NCBI GenBank assembly: GCA_011364965.1
Contig: RDOB01000003.1
Span: forward strand, 336,276 to 400,275
Source of the DNA: Candidatus Heimdallarchaeota archaeon
GTDB lineage: Archaea > Asgardarchaeota > Heimdallarchaeia > Hodarchaeales > Hodarchaeaceae
Direction: 5' to 3'
DNA: 64,000 nucleotides
Shown here: one piece after another, positions 1 through 9,704 of the stretch
How positions within the stretch are numbered: the stretch's first letter is position 1
Layout: every line of letters begins with the position of its first letter
Program-made: the position numbers and the translations under genes
The notes under the pieces: model-generated
Seen by the model: the letters and a program-made list of their open reading frames with translations, nothing else
Told to the model about the DNA's origin: nothing
The model's database searches: none

Positions 1-3000
1 ATTGAATGATATGGCGATTCTATGATTAAATTTGGAGGAATAGTATCTACACTAAAAAATGCCCTTTTTATAATGAAATTTCCAGCTAAATCGCTGCAAA
101 TTATTGTCAAGTTATGATGACCTTCATTAATATCATATAGATATTGATCTGAAACGGGATTAGGTAGCTCATTACCATCAAAAAATGCTCGTATTATGTC
201 AGCATCAGTAAAAAATGTTATTTTTATGTCATTAGATGTGTAAGAGCTGTTCTGAGGATTGTTAAGATATAAAGAAGGAGCAGTAGTATCAACCTGAAAT
301 TCTGAAATAGCTGAACTAATTATTCCATATTCATTTTCGGCGAAAGCATTACATATGTAATTTCCTTGAGGTAAACTCCTATAAATAGGAGCTGTCCATG
401 TTATATTTGAAACATCGACAGGTATTATGTGATACCAAAAATTTATAGCATCTCCCATTAACATTACCTCCACAATAGAACCATATGTAATGTTCATGGG
501 AGAAACAATCCTCAGATCCACTGGAATAGAGGTTATTTGAACTAAATCCTCCTCGCTTTTGGATTCTAGATAATAATTCGTATCATCCAATGGAGTATGA
601 ACCATTATGCTGTATACCCCGGGTGTAGTCATCGCTAAGGTAAAATAATAGTGACCAGCTCCATCGGTCGAATCTGCTTCTATTTCAGTTCCATTCACTT
701 GTAAATATATATCAAGACCTTCAATGGGACCTGATACTTCTCCTATCACAGTTCCATCTATATTTATGCTTACATTAACCTGAACTGAACTAGGAACAGA
801 AAGTGTAATAATAACATCCTCATAAGCTTGAATGGCCAAATTTATTTGTTTGAAATAAACGTACAAATCTTCCGAGACAATGCGAAAGGATTTAGATCCT
901 CTAGTTGTAAAAATGTACTCATAGAGATGAATCCCACCTTCTCTCCAATCTTGCCATAACTGATCAGCAATCCATATTTGATATCTTTCACTTGAATTTA
1001 TAGCAAATGCATAGATTTCATTTACGTTAGCAGTACTATTACCAATAAAATCAATAATTGGAATCACAAACATTGTAGAAAAATCATATTTAGTAGTATT
1101 TGGGCCTATCGCTCTTATACTGAAATCTCCCTTATAATATGGAGTACTCCAGTTATATAATCCCTGTCCTGATCCATTTAGTAATACAGAGGTTATATAA
1201 TTCCAACTTGCACTCCCAAATGGTTGCCAATGAAGATCTATTATGTCATTTAATCCACCTTCTAAGGTTATCAATGTGAAACTTCTTGCTATAACTTCAG
1301 AGGGTATCATAATAGACAGGGGTGGCCTAACTGAGATACTTATAATTGGAGAATTAATAGCTGGTTTATAAAAGGAACTTAGATCTCCCTGAAACGATAT
1401 TTCTATTAAATGAACGCCAATCTGAGTTGAGTGAGAGATATAGTAATCAAGATGAAAAAAACCCGATGAATCAGTAGAACAAATTCCGAGATCTATTCCA
1501 ATTGTGTTATCTGTAATCATAATTGACTGATACTGGACAGGATGTCCTTCTTCGTCAGCTAATTCTCCGTAGAAACGCACAGTTTGTCCTTTGATGAGAG
1601 TTGAAGCGTTTTGACCTACTATTGGGAAGGTGGGTGAAGAAAAAATTGTTAATTCAAAGGACTCAAGGTGTTCATCATAGTAATTAGAGTCATGAAATCG
1701 AATCTGGAAATTCATCACACCTAAGGGGTGGCTGGATTTTATGTGGTACTCGAAAAAAATGCCTGGTGTGTAGATTTTATTTTCAATTACAGTTGAATTA
1801 ATGGCATATTCAAAGGATACTTCTCCACTGCTGACTGGATTCCCTTCAGAGAGAACAATTACTTCTATGACCGTATTACAATTACGATCAAGAGGTCCGC
1901 TTTCATAGGTAATATCAATCTCAGTTAATCCTTTGATAAGGATATCAATTGATGAAAGTGTATCAATGATCCCACTTGGGGAACCGAATGACCTAAAACC
2001 ATAACGATGTGTTCCAATGGATGAATTGTATAGAATTGAATATTCAAAAAAGAGAAATCCATCTTGGTTAGTACTTTTATTACTAATGGATCTATTTCCA
2101 TCAGTTAAATCTATCAGTTCTAGAGTACATAACACTGGATGAGTCCAAACATCCTCTTCAGTACAATAAACCTCAAATCGAATAGTTTCATTATTTTTAA
2201 ATTCGGTTGCATTGACTGTAGAAGTAATTCGTGCCTTATCAGTGATCATCAAAAACTGTGTTGAATTCGCATAAATATCTGATGTCGATATGGCTTTTAG
2301 TTCTGTAATAATTACAAGAGGACCAACAGGAATAGATGAATTTGGTGAAAACGTAGATGAGGTATTCCTTTTAGTTAATATCTCCTGATAGAATACTATC
2401 TTCTCACTACCAATAAAATAGTAACTCTCCAATTGCATTCCTATCGGAGAATCACCTAATATCGTATTTTGAAGGATTAAAGTATCCTGACATCGTTCAA
2501 GTTGAAGGGAACTTGAAGTCTGAACCAACCATACTCCTAGACTCATTACCGTAACATTGTGTAAAGAAGACTGAGATGGCTTTATATCACCAATAGATGT
2601 ACCAGTATATTCAACAAGAAAATAATTTAATCCAACTGGAGTGAAAATGGGAACCTGATAATTGAATGTAAAAGGCCAGATTATTTGGGCACCACCTGAA
2701 AAATAATTTGGCAATGGCCCAATTGTGTGAATAGTGGGGATTCCCGTTAAATTCAAAGCTTTTATATAGATATATCCTCCTCCCATCCACCCAAAATCGA
2801 TAGTGAGTTCACCTGAAAATTCTAATGTAGCTTTCTTGAAAACAACACTCGAGTTCGTCCCTAGTGTAATCCATGAATCGCGAACTACTCCAGTGAAAAA
2901 GTTATCAAAGAATACAATACAAAATCCTGTTGAAGGGGAATAATTCAGGAATCCTTCATAATTAATTTGAAATATATGCTTTCCAAGAAGGAGCGGATCG

Positions 3001-3305
3001 GAAACAACCCATTCAATTTGTGCAAATCCGTTTATGATATTACCAATCATTACCTCAGAAGTATTTGTGTCTGTTATGGTGAAAGATCCTGCTGGAACTG
3101 GATCATAACCAGTATATACCCAAATCGAAAAAAGAATTTTGTCTCCAGCTTGTTTAGTGCCTGAGTCAGCATGAATACTTGATATTGTATCTATAGAAAC
3201 GGCTGAAACATTAATATTTGACATAGCAGTAAAAATTAACAGAAAAACGAAAAATAGTAACACTGCTCGAATTCGAATCAGAGAATTATACAAGAAACCC
3301 TGCAA
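1..3305 (-). CDS. Large secreted/cell-surface protein, N-terminal ~1100 aa only (gene runs off the left edge of the window)
   Basis: My own minus-strand translation gives one uninterrupted frame from ~3305 to position 1. An in-frame TGA at 3306-3308 closes it upstream, and candidate TTG starts lie at 3305 and 3293. A hydrophobic signal/anchor (LIRIRAVLLFFVFLLIFTAMS) follows, then repetitive N-x-S/T-rich beta-sandwich-like sequence. It is absent from the ORF track because it has no stop inside the window. The track lists no other ORF in 1-2966. Confidence 0.6.
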   Translation of the reverse strand, partial: MQGFLYNSLIRIRAVLLFFVFLLIFTAMSNINVSAVSIDTISSIHADSGTKQAGDKILFSIWVYTGYDPVPAGSFTITDTNTSEVMIGNIINGFAQIEWVVSDPLLLGKHIFQINYEGFLNYSPSTGFCIVFFDNFFTGVVRDSWITLGTNSSVVFKKATLEFSGELTIDFGWMGGGYIYIKALNLTGIPTIHTIGPLPNYFSGGAQIIWPFTFNYQVPIFTPVGLNYFLVEYTGTSIGDIKPSQSSLHNVTVMSLGVWLVQTSSSLQLERCQDTLILQNTILGDSPIGMQLESYYFIGSEKIVFYQEILTKRNTSSTFSPNSSIPVGPLVIITELKAISTSDIYANSTQFLMITDKARITSTVNATEFKNNETIRFEVYCTEEDVWTHPVLCTLELIDLTDGNRSISNKSTNQDGFLFFEYSILYNSSIGTHRYGFRSFGSPSGIIDTLSSIDILIKGLTEIDITYESGPLDRNCNTVIEVIVLSEGNPVSSGEVSFEYAINSTVIENKIYTPGIFFEYHIKSSHPLGVMNFQIRFHDSNYYDEHLESFELTIFSSPTFPIVGQNASTLIKGQTVRFYGELADEEGHPVQYQSIMITDNTIGIDLGICSTDSSGFFHLDYYISHSTQIGVHLIEISFQGDLSSFYKPAINSPIISISVRPPLSIMIPSEVIARSFTLITLEGGLNDIIDLHWQPFGSASWNYITSVLLNGSGQGLYNWSTPYYKGDFSIRAIGPNTTKYDFSTMFVIPIIDFIGNSTANVNEIYAFAINSSERYQIWIADQLWQDWREGGIHLYEYIFTTRGSKSFRIVSEDLYVYFKQINLAIQAYEDVIITLSVPSSVQVNVSINIDGTVIGEVSGPIEGLDIYLQVNGTEIEADSTDGAGHYYFTLAMTTPGVYSIMVHTPLDDTNYYLESKSEEDLVQITSIPVDLRIVSPMNITYGSIVEVMLMGDAINFWYHIIPVDVSNITWTAPIYRSLPQGNYICNAFAENEYGIISSAISEFQVDTTAPSLYLNNPQNSSYTSNDIKITFFTDADIIRAFFDGNELPNPVSDQYLYDINEGHHNLTIICSDLAGNFIIKRAFFSVDTIPPNLIIESPYHS

Positions 3306-3494
3306 TCATAAAACCCTCTTTGCTTTAACTAAAGTTCAATTATGATAGCAAATGATCCTTATATACTCGACAGCGTGAAGTTGGTTTAGGAGGGAAATCT
3401 TGTTGATTTTGGATATTTAAAGCATACAAGCAATCAAATACTGATTATCGAAATGCATGACATTTCTTCTCTAAAACGTAAGAAGTTGAAATAA

Positions 3495-4502
3495 ATGGCA
3501 AAAGCACAAGATAAAAAAGAAGAAATGGTTGTAGAAAAAGAAATTCAACCAAAAAAAGATAAAAATCTAAGTTCAGAGAAATCTTTCCTTGAATCGATTT
3601 CTGGAATCGGACCAACTACCAAGAAAAGACTTGAAGAAGCAGGATATGGTAGTAAAGAAGCAATTGCTTTAGCAACACGAGCTCAATTAACAGAAATCTC
3701 AGGAATCGCGGAAAAAACGGCAAGTATCCTAATAAGTGAAGCTAGAGCGAGATTTGACCTCGGTTTAAAGAAGGGAACTGAGTTTGAAACAGCAGCAAGA
3801 TCCAGGCAAAAATTAACTACTAGTTCGAAAGTTTTTGATGAATTATTGGCTGGTGGTTTTGAAACAGGGAGCATTACAGAGATCGCAGGGGAAAATGGTT
3901 GTGGAAAAACCCAAATTGCCCATCAAATGGCTGTAAATTGCATTAAGTATTTTGATCGCGATGTTATCTGGATCGATACCGAAGGAACTTTTAGATTTAA
4001 TCGTATTGTCCAAGTAGCTCAAGCAATGGATCTCGATCCTGATTCAGTATTATCTCGGATCACAGTAGGAAGAGCATACAACAGTGAACATCAGATGGCA
4101 TTAACTGAAGAAGCTATTACGACTGTTCCCAATGTAGGTTTAATAATCGTTGACTCTCTAATGGCACATTTTCGATCAGAATTTGCAGGGCGAGCTACAC
4201 TCGCAGAACGACAGCAATTGATAGGGAAACACTTATCTTTCATTGCAAAACAAACCGAGATGTTAAACTGTGTAGGACTGGTAACCAACCAAGTTTCAGC
4301 TAAACCAGATGCTTTATTCTTCGGAGATCCAAATAAACCGGTTGGAGGAAACGTTGTGGGACACACAGTAACTACTCGTTTAATGATTAGGAAAGGCAAA
4401 GACATCAAGAGGACAGCTACTTTAACGAAGAATCCTGAACTTCCTGATGGCAAAATCGAATTTGCAATAACTAGCGAAGGAGTAAGAGATTTCAAAAAAT
4501 AG
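3495..4502 (+). CDS. radA: RadA recombinase (archaeal Rad51/RecA homologue)
   Basis: N-terminal helix-hairpin-helix module (ISGIGPTTKKRLEEAGY ... LTEISGIAEKTA). Walker A is GENGCGKTQ and Walker B is GLIIVDS. Length and ATPase-core layout are typical of RadA. Confidence 0.9.
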   Translation: MAKAQDKKEEMVVEKEIQPKKDKNLSSEKSFLESISGIGPTTKKRLEEAGYGSKEAIALATRAQLTEISGIAEKTASILISEARARFDLGLKKGTEFETAARSRQKLTTSSKVFDELLAGGFETGSITEIAGENGCGKTQIAHQMAVNCIKYFDRDVIWIDTEGTFRFNRIVQVAQAMDLDPDSVLSRITVGRAYNSEHQMALTEEAITTVPNVGLIIVDSLMAHFRSEFAGRATLAERQQLIGKHLSFIAKQTEMLNCVGLVTNQVSAKPDALFFGDPNKPVGGNVVGHTVTTRLMIRKGKDIKRTATLTKNPELPDGKIEFAITSEGVRDFKK

Positions 4503-4622
4503 TACAAGTGCAAAACCAAAAATTTTGATGGGATTTTGAAGAACTACGCAGGCTATTAAGAGTCTTAAAAGATATTACACGCCAAAAAATGGTTATAGTA
4601 GAAAACTAAAGGAGAAGGATCA

Positions 4623-6359
4623 ATAATAGATAGCAATCTTCCACCTGCTCTTCAACTCTTTCCTCATGCAGAGCTGAGAGCTTATCAATCAAATTTTCTA
4701 AGATTCGTTGAGAAGAATCCCAAATCAATTATTCATGCTCCTGTTGGTTTTGGAAAAACGATAATGGCATTAATTTCTGCTTTACCTTTAGTCAAGAATG
4801 AAAATTATCAGCTATTCATTTTTGTAAGAACAAAAGCTCAAGTATTTCGCGTTTTTTTAAATGAAATTGTAAAAATCGCTAATAGCCGAAAATATGGATA
4901 TCTAACAGCAGTTCCTTTAATTCTAAAAGCTGACTTATGCATTAAAAGAAAAGAAATTCCTCAATTTTATCGAGGGGTTTGTGGCAAGATAAGGTGCCCT
5001 CATTTAGAAAAAACATTGTCTATTCCTGAAGAAGATTTCCCAGCAATAGTAGAACAAGTTCCGATTACAGCTCATGGGGATTCTATAGAGGTAGAAACCT
5101 ATATAGAGGCTTTTAAAGAATTCGGATGTCCTTATTATGTGATCAAACGCTGTTTACCCTACGCAAATATTATTGTAACAACACAAACATACCTAAGAAG
5201 CAGAAATCTTCAGGATATGTTTTCTCAGATTCTTTGTAACAGTTCGTTTACCAAAAAATTTGCTATCATCGATGAAGGACACAATTTTGGTGCAGATATC
5301 GAAGCTGAACTACAATTATCAGATCTTATACGCTCGCGCTCAGTAATTCCTCTTAAAGTTCTTGATAGACTAGAAGAATTAATAGTAACTAGGACAGGAC
5401 GAGTAGAAAGGCCTAAAAATTTATCTGTCGCTAGTATTGATGCATTTATTGACCATGATCGCAAAGTATCTATTCAAGACAAAATTAATCTTTGGAAAAT
5501 TAAAGACTTTATTCTTTCAAAGGGAGATATTTGGGTTTCAGAACAGGATAAATTAATTCAAATTAATCCTTTTCCTCATCAAACATTTGACTTCATAAAT
5601 CAATATTTCAACAGAATAATTTTAATGTCTGGAACCTTCATTCCAATGTCCTCTTATCTTGCGTTATATTCCATAAATTATCCTACTTTACAAATCCCCT
5701 CAGATTTTCAGTTCAGTTTGAATGGCATTCTTTATAACCGAACTTTCACTTCAAGATTCAAAGAAAGAACTGAAAATACCTATAAATCAATGGCAAATGT
5801 CATTGAACGACTTCATAAAACGAATCCATTTCATACAATTGTTTTTGCGACTTCCCATGAATTTAAGCAGAAAATTTTGTATCATATGTCTCTTCCGAAC
5901 GTATATGTTGAAAATCCAGGTATTAGACCGTATTTTATTGATGAATTAAAAGAAAGAACTCATGAATGTATATTTGGAGTTATGGGAGGATCATTAGCAG
6001 AGGGGATAGAAATACTTGATTTGAATAAACGGAGCTTACTTACCCTCATCATTATCGCGGGTCTTCCTTTTCCTCAACCTGATGCTACTAATCTTATTCT
6101 CACCAAATTATATTCTGCACGATGGGGTGTAAGAATGGCAAAACATCTAGGAAAATTACCCGTCACTAGAAATATTTCTCAATCAATTGGTAGAGGCATT
6201 CGCTCTGAATCAGATTTCGCTGCAAGCTTGATTTTGGATTATAGGGCAATGAAGCTCAGACAGTTCTTACCTAAAACGCGGATATTTCGGGATATTAATT
6301 CTTTGTACAACGCGTATGACTTATTTTATGCAAAAATGAAGAGAATTTTCCGACTTTAA
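4623..6359 (+). CDS. xpd: XPD/Rad3-family Fe-S DNA helicase
   Basis: Four-Cys Fe-S insertion (DLCIKRK..GVCGKIRCPHL..FGCPYY), DEAH-type box IIDEGHNF, and motif VI QSIGRGIRSESD. Helicase motif I (HAPVGFGKT) and the Q-motif-like RAYQ lie upstream of the first ATG (4764) but in the same open frame, which opens at 4602. The start is therefore placed tentatively at the ATA pair 4623/4626, after GGAG at 4611-4614. Confidence 0.8.
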   Translation: MIDSNLPPALQLFPHAELRAYQSNFLRFVEKNPKSIIHAPVGFGKTIMALISALPLVKNENYQLFIFVRTKAQVFRVFLNEIVKIANSRKYGYLTAVPLILKADLCIKRKEIPQFYRGVCGKIRCPHLEKTLSIPEEDFPAIVEQVPITAHGDSIEVETYIEAFKEFGCPYYVIKRCLPYANIIVTTQTYLRSRNLQDMFSQILCNSSFTKKFAIIDEGHNFGADIEAELQLSDLIRSRSVIPLKVLDRLEELIVTRTGRVERPKNLSVASIDAFIDHDRKVSIQDKINLWKIKDFILSKGDIWVSEQDKLIQINPFPHQTFDFINQYFNRIILMSGTFIPMSSYLALYSINYPTLQIPSDFQFSLNGILYNRTFTSRFKERTENTYKSMANVIERLHKTNPFHTIVFATSHEFKQKILYHMSLPNVYVENPGIRPYFIDELKERTHECIFGVMGGSLAEGIEILDLNKRSLLTLIIIAGLPFPQPDATNLILTKLYSARWGVRMAKHLGKLPVTRNISQSIGRGIRSESDFAASLILDYRAMKLRQFLPKTRIFRDINSLYNAYDLFYAKMKRIFRL

Positions 6360-8248
6360 TCTGGTGATTCTGATAAATCTAAGGAAATATCAGAGATTAT
6401 CGATGGAATTTCATTGATAGAATTTAAAATAATCACGGACACTCCTAACTTACTAGTTAGATGAAAAAAATGTCTCCGGAATTTCAAACTAGCTGATGCT
6501 ATACTATTAGGAAAAATTAAGCAATAAACCTTGGTATGATCCTCAAGAAGATAATTAAAGGTGGTTTTTAGATCAAAGTCAAATAAATCTCCAAGAGTAT
6601 CCTCTGAGACTATTAGAAAAAAGATAGAGGATCCTAATCTTATTCCTGGAAACTTCATTGAGTTATCAAAGTTAATTTTAAAGTCCTTTTCCGGAAATAG
6701 GGATGGAAAATCATTTTCAAAAAAGGTTGGAGAGAAATGAAGATAGATTATACTATCCGAGGTCTGATTAAGGGGTTCAGAAGTACCAATATTACTCGGA
6801 AGAGGGATTAAAGTCTCATTTATTTTTTCAATTTCATTAGCTTTAAGATAATCCCTTTTTCCAATATTCTTTAGGTAAAAAAATCTAGATTCTTCATTGG
6901 TTTGTTTTGATAATAAAAAAACTCTAGGAATAGGTCGTTTTACTTTATTTAATTTGTCTACATTTTCCGCATTGACATCATAAGCAATTATCACTTCAGC
7001 ATAATCCTCAATAATATCATTTATGGTATTAGAAATACATACATGGGAATTTCTCAATTTAAAATGTTGAAGTCTTTTATCCAATTCTAATCTAGGAATT
7101 GAACTTATCGGTTGTTTAAAATGGATGACAGAATAGCAATTTTCGATTAATAAGTCTTTCAGAAATACACTATTTTCAAAATTATGAGTAACAAGAGATA
7201 CTCCTGATCGAAAATTAGAGAGTAATTTTAATAGAAACTGCGATTTGGGGTGGTTTAAATCCTCATAAAGTTCTATATACTGAAAAATTTTTTTTATTTT
7301 GGGATCTGATAAAAAAATCTCAATTGCACGTCGGCCAATAAATTCTCCCTTATCTTTTCTACGAATATCCAGTTCATTGAGATAATTTAATGCAGCTCGA
7401 AATCCTTGTGACACAATTATTTTTTGTAGGGTAAAAATTCTTTGGAGATTTCCTGTCTGGATAAGAAGCTCCCCAGATCTAGATTCAGTTTTTAAACTCT
7501 CATGAATGGCAACAATTTCTCTAAAAGTACATTTATTGGTTAATATAAATCCTTTATTTTGTAATTGTTTAATTTCAAATGATTTAATCTGATTTAATAT
7601 GTCTAAAATAAATATATATTGCTCTGGTAACGGTAAAGAATAACGTAGAACATTTTCTCTGTTTGAAGAATTAATATTCTCTAATTCAACAACTTCCTGC
7701 AAAAGTAAATTTTCACATAGAGCTCGTATTTTCTCTGAGGAATATATATTTGAAAACGCGCATAAACGTATTTCTCCCATTTTTTGAGTTATGTAACGAA
7801 GCGAACGGGAACTTGCTCCCATCTCTGCATTCAATATTAAGAGAAGAGAAAATTTCTTATTAGGAATCATTTTTTCTTTTAGATCATTTTTGACTGTTTT
7901 TGGTGTAGCTAATATAATCGGATACCGTTCATAATCATTCAACCGAGCTTGTGGGAGAATTGATCCATTCAATATAGTGATACGACTATCTAAGATTTTG
8001 GATAGTGAGACTTGAATTTCTTTCTGAATGTTCCGGCGAGATATAATTAAAACCTTAGAGGTCAATGGTTCAAGTGTCTGGTTCATATGAAAGAGACTGA
8101 GGATTGCAATAGCTCTAGCTAACTTTTCTTCTGAAGAATAAAGAAAAAGAATATTCTTATCCCTAGATTTCGGCAAAATCAGCTGTTCTTCAACGGAGGG
8201 ATCGAATTTTAATCTTTTCACCATAGAGTTGTGGTCAGATAGACTCAA
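6356..8248 (-). CDS. Hef/FANCM/XPF-family protein with degenerate helicase and nuclease motifs (predicted pseudo-enzyme)
   Basis: It appears collinear with my recalled Hef helicase layout, including IILATPKTVKNDL (family motif ATPQ..ND) and the inserted helical domain. Motif I is replaced by LYSSEEKLA, DEAH by LNAE, TASP by AFSN, and QRxGRxGR by KLNKVKRP. The C-terminal ~130 aa has ERCC4-like spacing but no GDx(n)ERK residues. TTG start. Confidence 0.6.
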   Translation of the reverse strand: MSLSDHNSMVKRLKFDPSVEEQLILPKSRDKNILFLYSSEEKLARAIAILSLFHMNQTLEPLTSKVLIISRRNIQKEIQVSLSKILDSRITILNGSILPQARLNDYERYPIILATPKTVKNDLKEKMIPNKKFSLLLILNAEMGASSRSLRYITQKMGEIRLCAFSNIYSSEKIRALCENLLLQEVVELENINSSNRENVLRYSLPLPEQYIFILDILNQIKSFEIKQLQNKGFILTNKCTFREIVAIHESLKTESRSGELLIQTGNLQRIFTLQKIIVSQGFRAALNYLNELDIRRKDKGEFIGRRAIEIFLSDPKIKKIFQYIELYEDLNHPKSQFLLKLLSNFRSGVSLVTHNFENSVFLKDLLIENCYSVIHFKQPISSIPRLELDKRLQHFKLRNSHVCISNTINDIIEDYAEVIIAYDVNAENVDKLNKVKRPIPRVFLLSKQTNEESRFFYLKNIGKRDYLKANEIEKINETLIPLPSNIGTSEPLNQTSDSIIYLHFSPTFFENDFPSLFPEKDFKINFDNSMKFPGIRLGSSIFFLIVSEDTLGDLFDFDLKTTFNYLLEDHTKVYCLIFPNSIASASLKFRRHFFHLTSKLGVSVIILNSINEIPSIISDISLDLSESPD

Positions 8249-8565
8249 GATTCAGCAGCTCTTGAATCGAAGGTCGTGTCTTGGAAATTATAAGAATAAA
8301 ATCTAGAATCGTATTCAGTGTCTTTTTCTTCTGAAGTATCGTCATCATCCCCAAAGTTTTCTATCCAATTACGGTGTGCTGAACAAGTGATTATTTGGGA
8401 ATTCTTTACTACAAGATTAAAGGGAATACGACGGTTTAATAAGAGAGAACATACCCCTCCAAAGGTACTTCCATATTCACAAATTTGACACAACGGACTG
8501 TTTAGGAATACATCATCCAAAAAAGGTAAGGGTGTTTCTGCCTTTCTTATTTTATGCATTTTCAA
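8245..8565 (-). CDS. Small Cys/His-containing protein with acidic C-terminal tail, hypothetical
   Basis: 106-aa ORF. Its TGA stop overlaps the TTG start of the downstream Hef-like gene (TTGA at 8245-8248). It carries CQIC..C..CSAH spacing and a DDDDTSEEKDTE tract. Confidence 0.5.
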   Translation of the reverse strand: MKMHKIRKAETPLPFLDDVFLNSPLCQICEYGSTFGGVCSLLLNRRIPFNLVVKNSQIITCSAHRNWIENFGDDDDTSEEKDTEYDSRFYSYNFQDTTFDSRAAES

Positions 8566-8690
8566 TCATCTCTAAAAGAAAGTCCATCACTAATTATTAC
8601 AAATGGAGTTTATATATCAGAAATTAAGCATGTTGAGGACTCGCTTTTATGAATATAAAAGAAGATGAACAATATTATCATTGAAGTAAA

Positions 8691-9191
8691 TTGTTATCAG
8701 AAAAACAAATACTCGATAATCTCGATCACATTCTTGTTGAAAAATTGAAGTTCCAAACATATTTAGAATTGCAATTGAATGATTTGCATATCGAAATTCA
8801 AAATCTTACGCACACAAACCAAAAACAAATCAGAATTGATCTTGCAGGTATTAATCAGTTAGATGCATCAATTCATTTTTTTGAAGCAGAAACTCAACTA
8901 CAAATCAGTCATCCATCAATTTACCGATCATTTTGTGATTACTGTTATCTTGTATGCCCAGATAAGCAATTTGACATTTTAGACTCTGTGACAAAAGAAC
9001 AGCAAATATCTTGGGCTGAAAAAATAGGAATAGGTATAATTACTTTCTCCAATAATAATGAAATGCGTGTCCGAATACAAGCTAAAAGACAGGAGATGCA
9101 TTCTCTTATCAGAAAGGAAGTCCTGAGAATGATGAATGATCGGTACAAAATTAGGTTTTCTACAATTCCATTGTGGGAGCGAACTAGATAA
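8691..9191 (+). CDS. Hypothetical protein, possible PD-(D/E)XK nuclease fold (MmcB-like, tentative)
   Basis: RIDLAGI-x13-FFEAETQL followed by FCDYCYLVCPD resembles the D..(D/E)xK core plus the downstream Cys-containing strand of MmcB-type repair nucleases. TTG start. The assignment comes from memory of the family pattern only. Confidence 0.35.
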   Translation: MLSEKQILDNLDHILVEKLKFQTYLELQLNDLHIEIQNLTHTNQKQIRIDLAGINQLDASIHFFEAETQLQISHPSIYRSFCDYCYLVCPDKQFDILDSVTKEQQISWAEKIGIGIITFSNNNEMRVRIQAKRQEMHSLIRKEVLRMMNDRYKIRFSTIPLWERTR

Positions 9192-9215
9192 AACTAAGGT
9201 AGCTAAAGGATTTTT

Positions 9216-9704
9216 ATGCATCAAAGAAGGAAAGTTAGTGTCTGTTCGGACACAGAGAAGAATAAAACGGAAATATATAACCATATAGATGAATTAATAA
9301 GCAATTGTAAATGGGAAGAAGCAGAAAACAATCTTATGTATCTATATCGTGCAATGCCCAATAATATAAACAATATTCGACTCAAATTTGCCGTATTATA
9401 TTCTAAAAAGCAAGATTTTACAAAATCGATCCTTTTCTTGCAGGAATTAATACCTACGCATGATTTTCATGTTTATACGCTTTTTATTCAAAGTTTAGTT
9501 AAACTTGGTGAGAAAAATCAAGCTATCTTGGAATTAGCCCGAGCACCACTATCAGAACAGGAAAAACAGGGTATACAATTTAATTATCTTCAAGAAAATA
9601 GAGTTAGTAAGTGTAATAGTCTTGAATTCAATTTTATGTGTTCAAAATGTAATAAATTTCTATACTTGGTTGAGCAAAAGGTAAAGTGTTTATTCTGCTC
9701 TTAA
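9216..9704 (+). CDS. TPR-like helical protein with C-terminal CxxC..CxxC zinc ribbon, hypothetical
   Basis: Helical-repeat composition, with a C-terminal CSKCNKF..x11..KCLFCS. Confidence 0.4.
   Translation: MHQRRKVSVCSDTEKNKTEIYNHIDELISNCKWEEAENNLMYLYRAMPNNINNIRLKFAVLYSKKQDFTKSILFLQELIPTHDFHVYTLFIQSLVKLGEKNQAILELARAPLSEQEKQGIQFNYLQENRVSKCNSLEFNFMCSKCNKFLYLVEQKVKCLFCS

Noticed and set aside
2967-3164. The only track ORF in the first 3.3 kb (65 aa, plus strand).
   Set aside because: It is antisense to the long uninterrupted minus-strand surface-protein frame and has no recognisable features.
4091-4519. Long ORFs antisense to well-supported genes. Examples: 3683-3874, 4091-4519, 5225-5464, 9798-10178, 12286-12489, 18536-19000, 54731-55087, 55586-56068, 58246-58647 and 60759-60989.
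   Set aside because: Each lies entirely within, and opposite to, a gene with clear family motifs. Their products are low-complexity or Ser/Ile/Lys-biased, as expected for shadow frames in AT-rich DNA.
8616-8662. AT-rich inverted repeats in divergent promoters (CTTTTAT-GAAT-ATAAAAG at about 8646-8663; ATTTAGA-A-TCTAAAT at 42686-42700).
   Set aside because: These are 7-bp, almost pure A/T arms. Such palindromes are expected by chance at this base composition.
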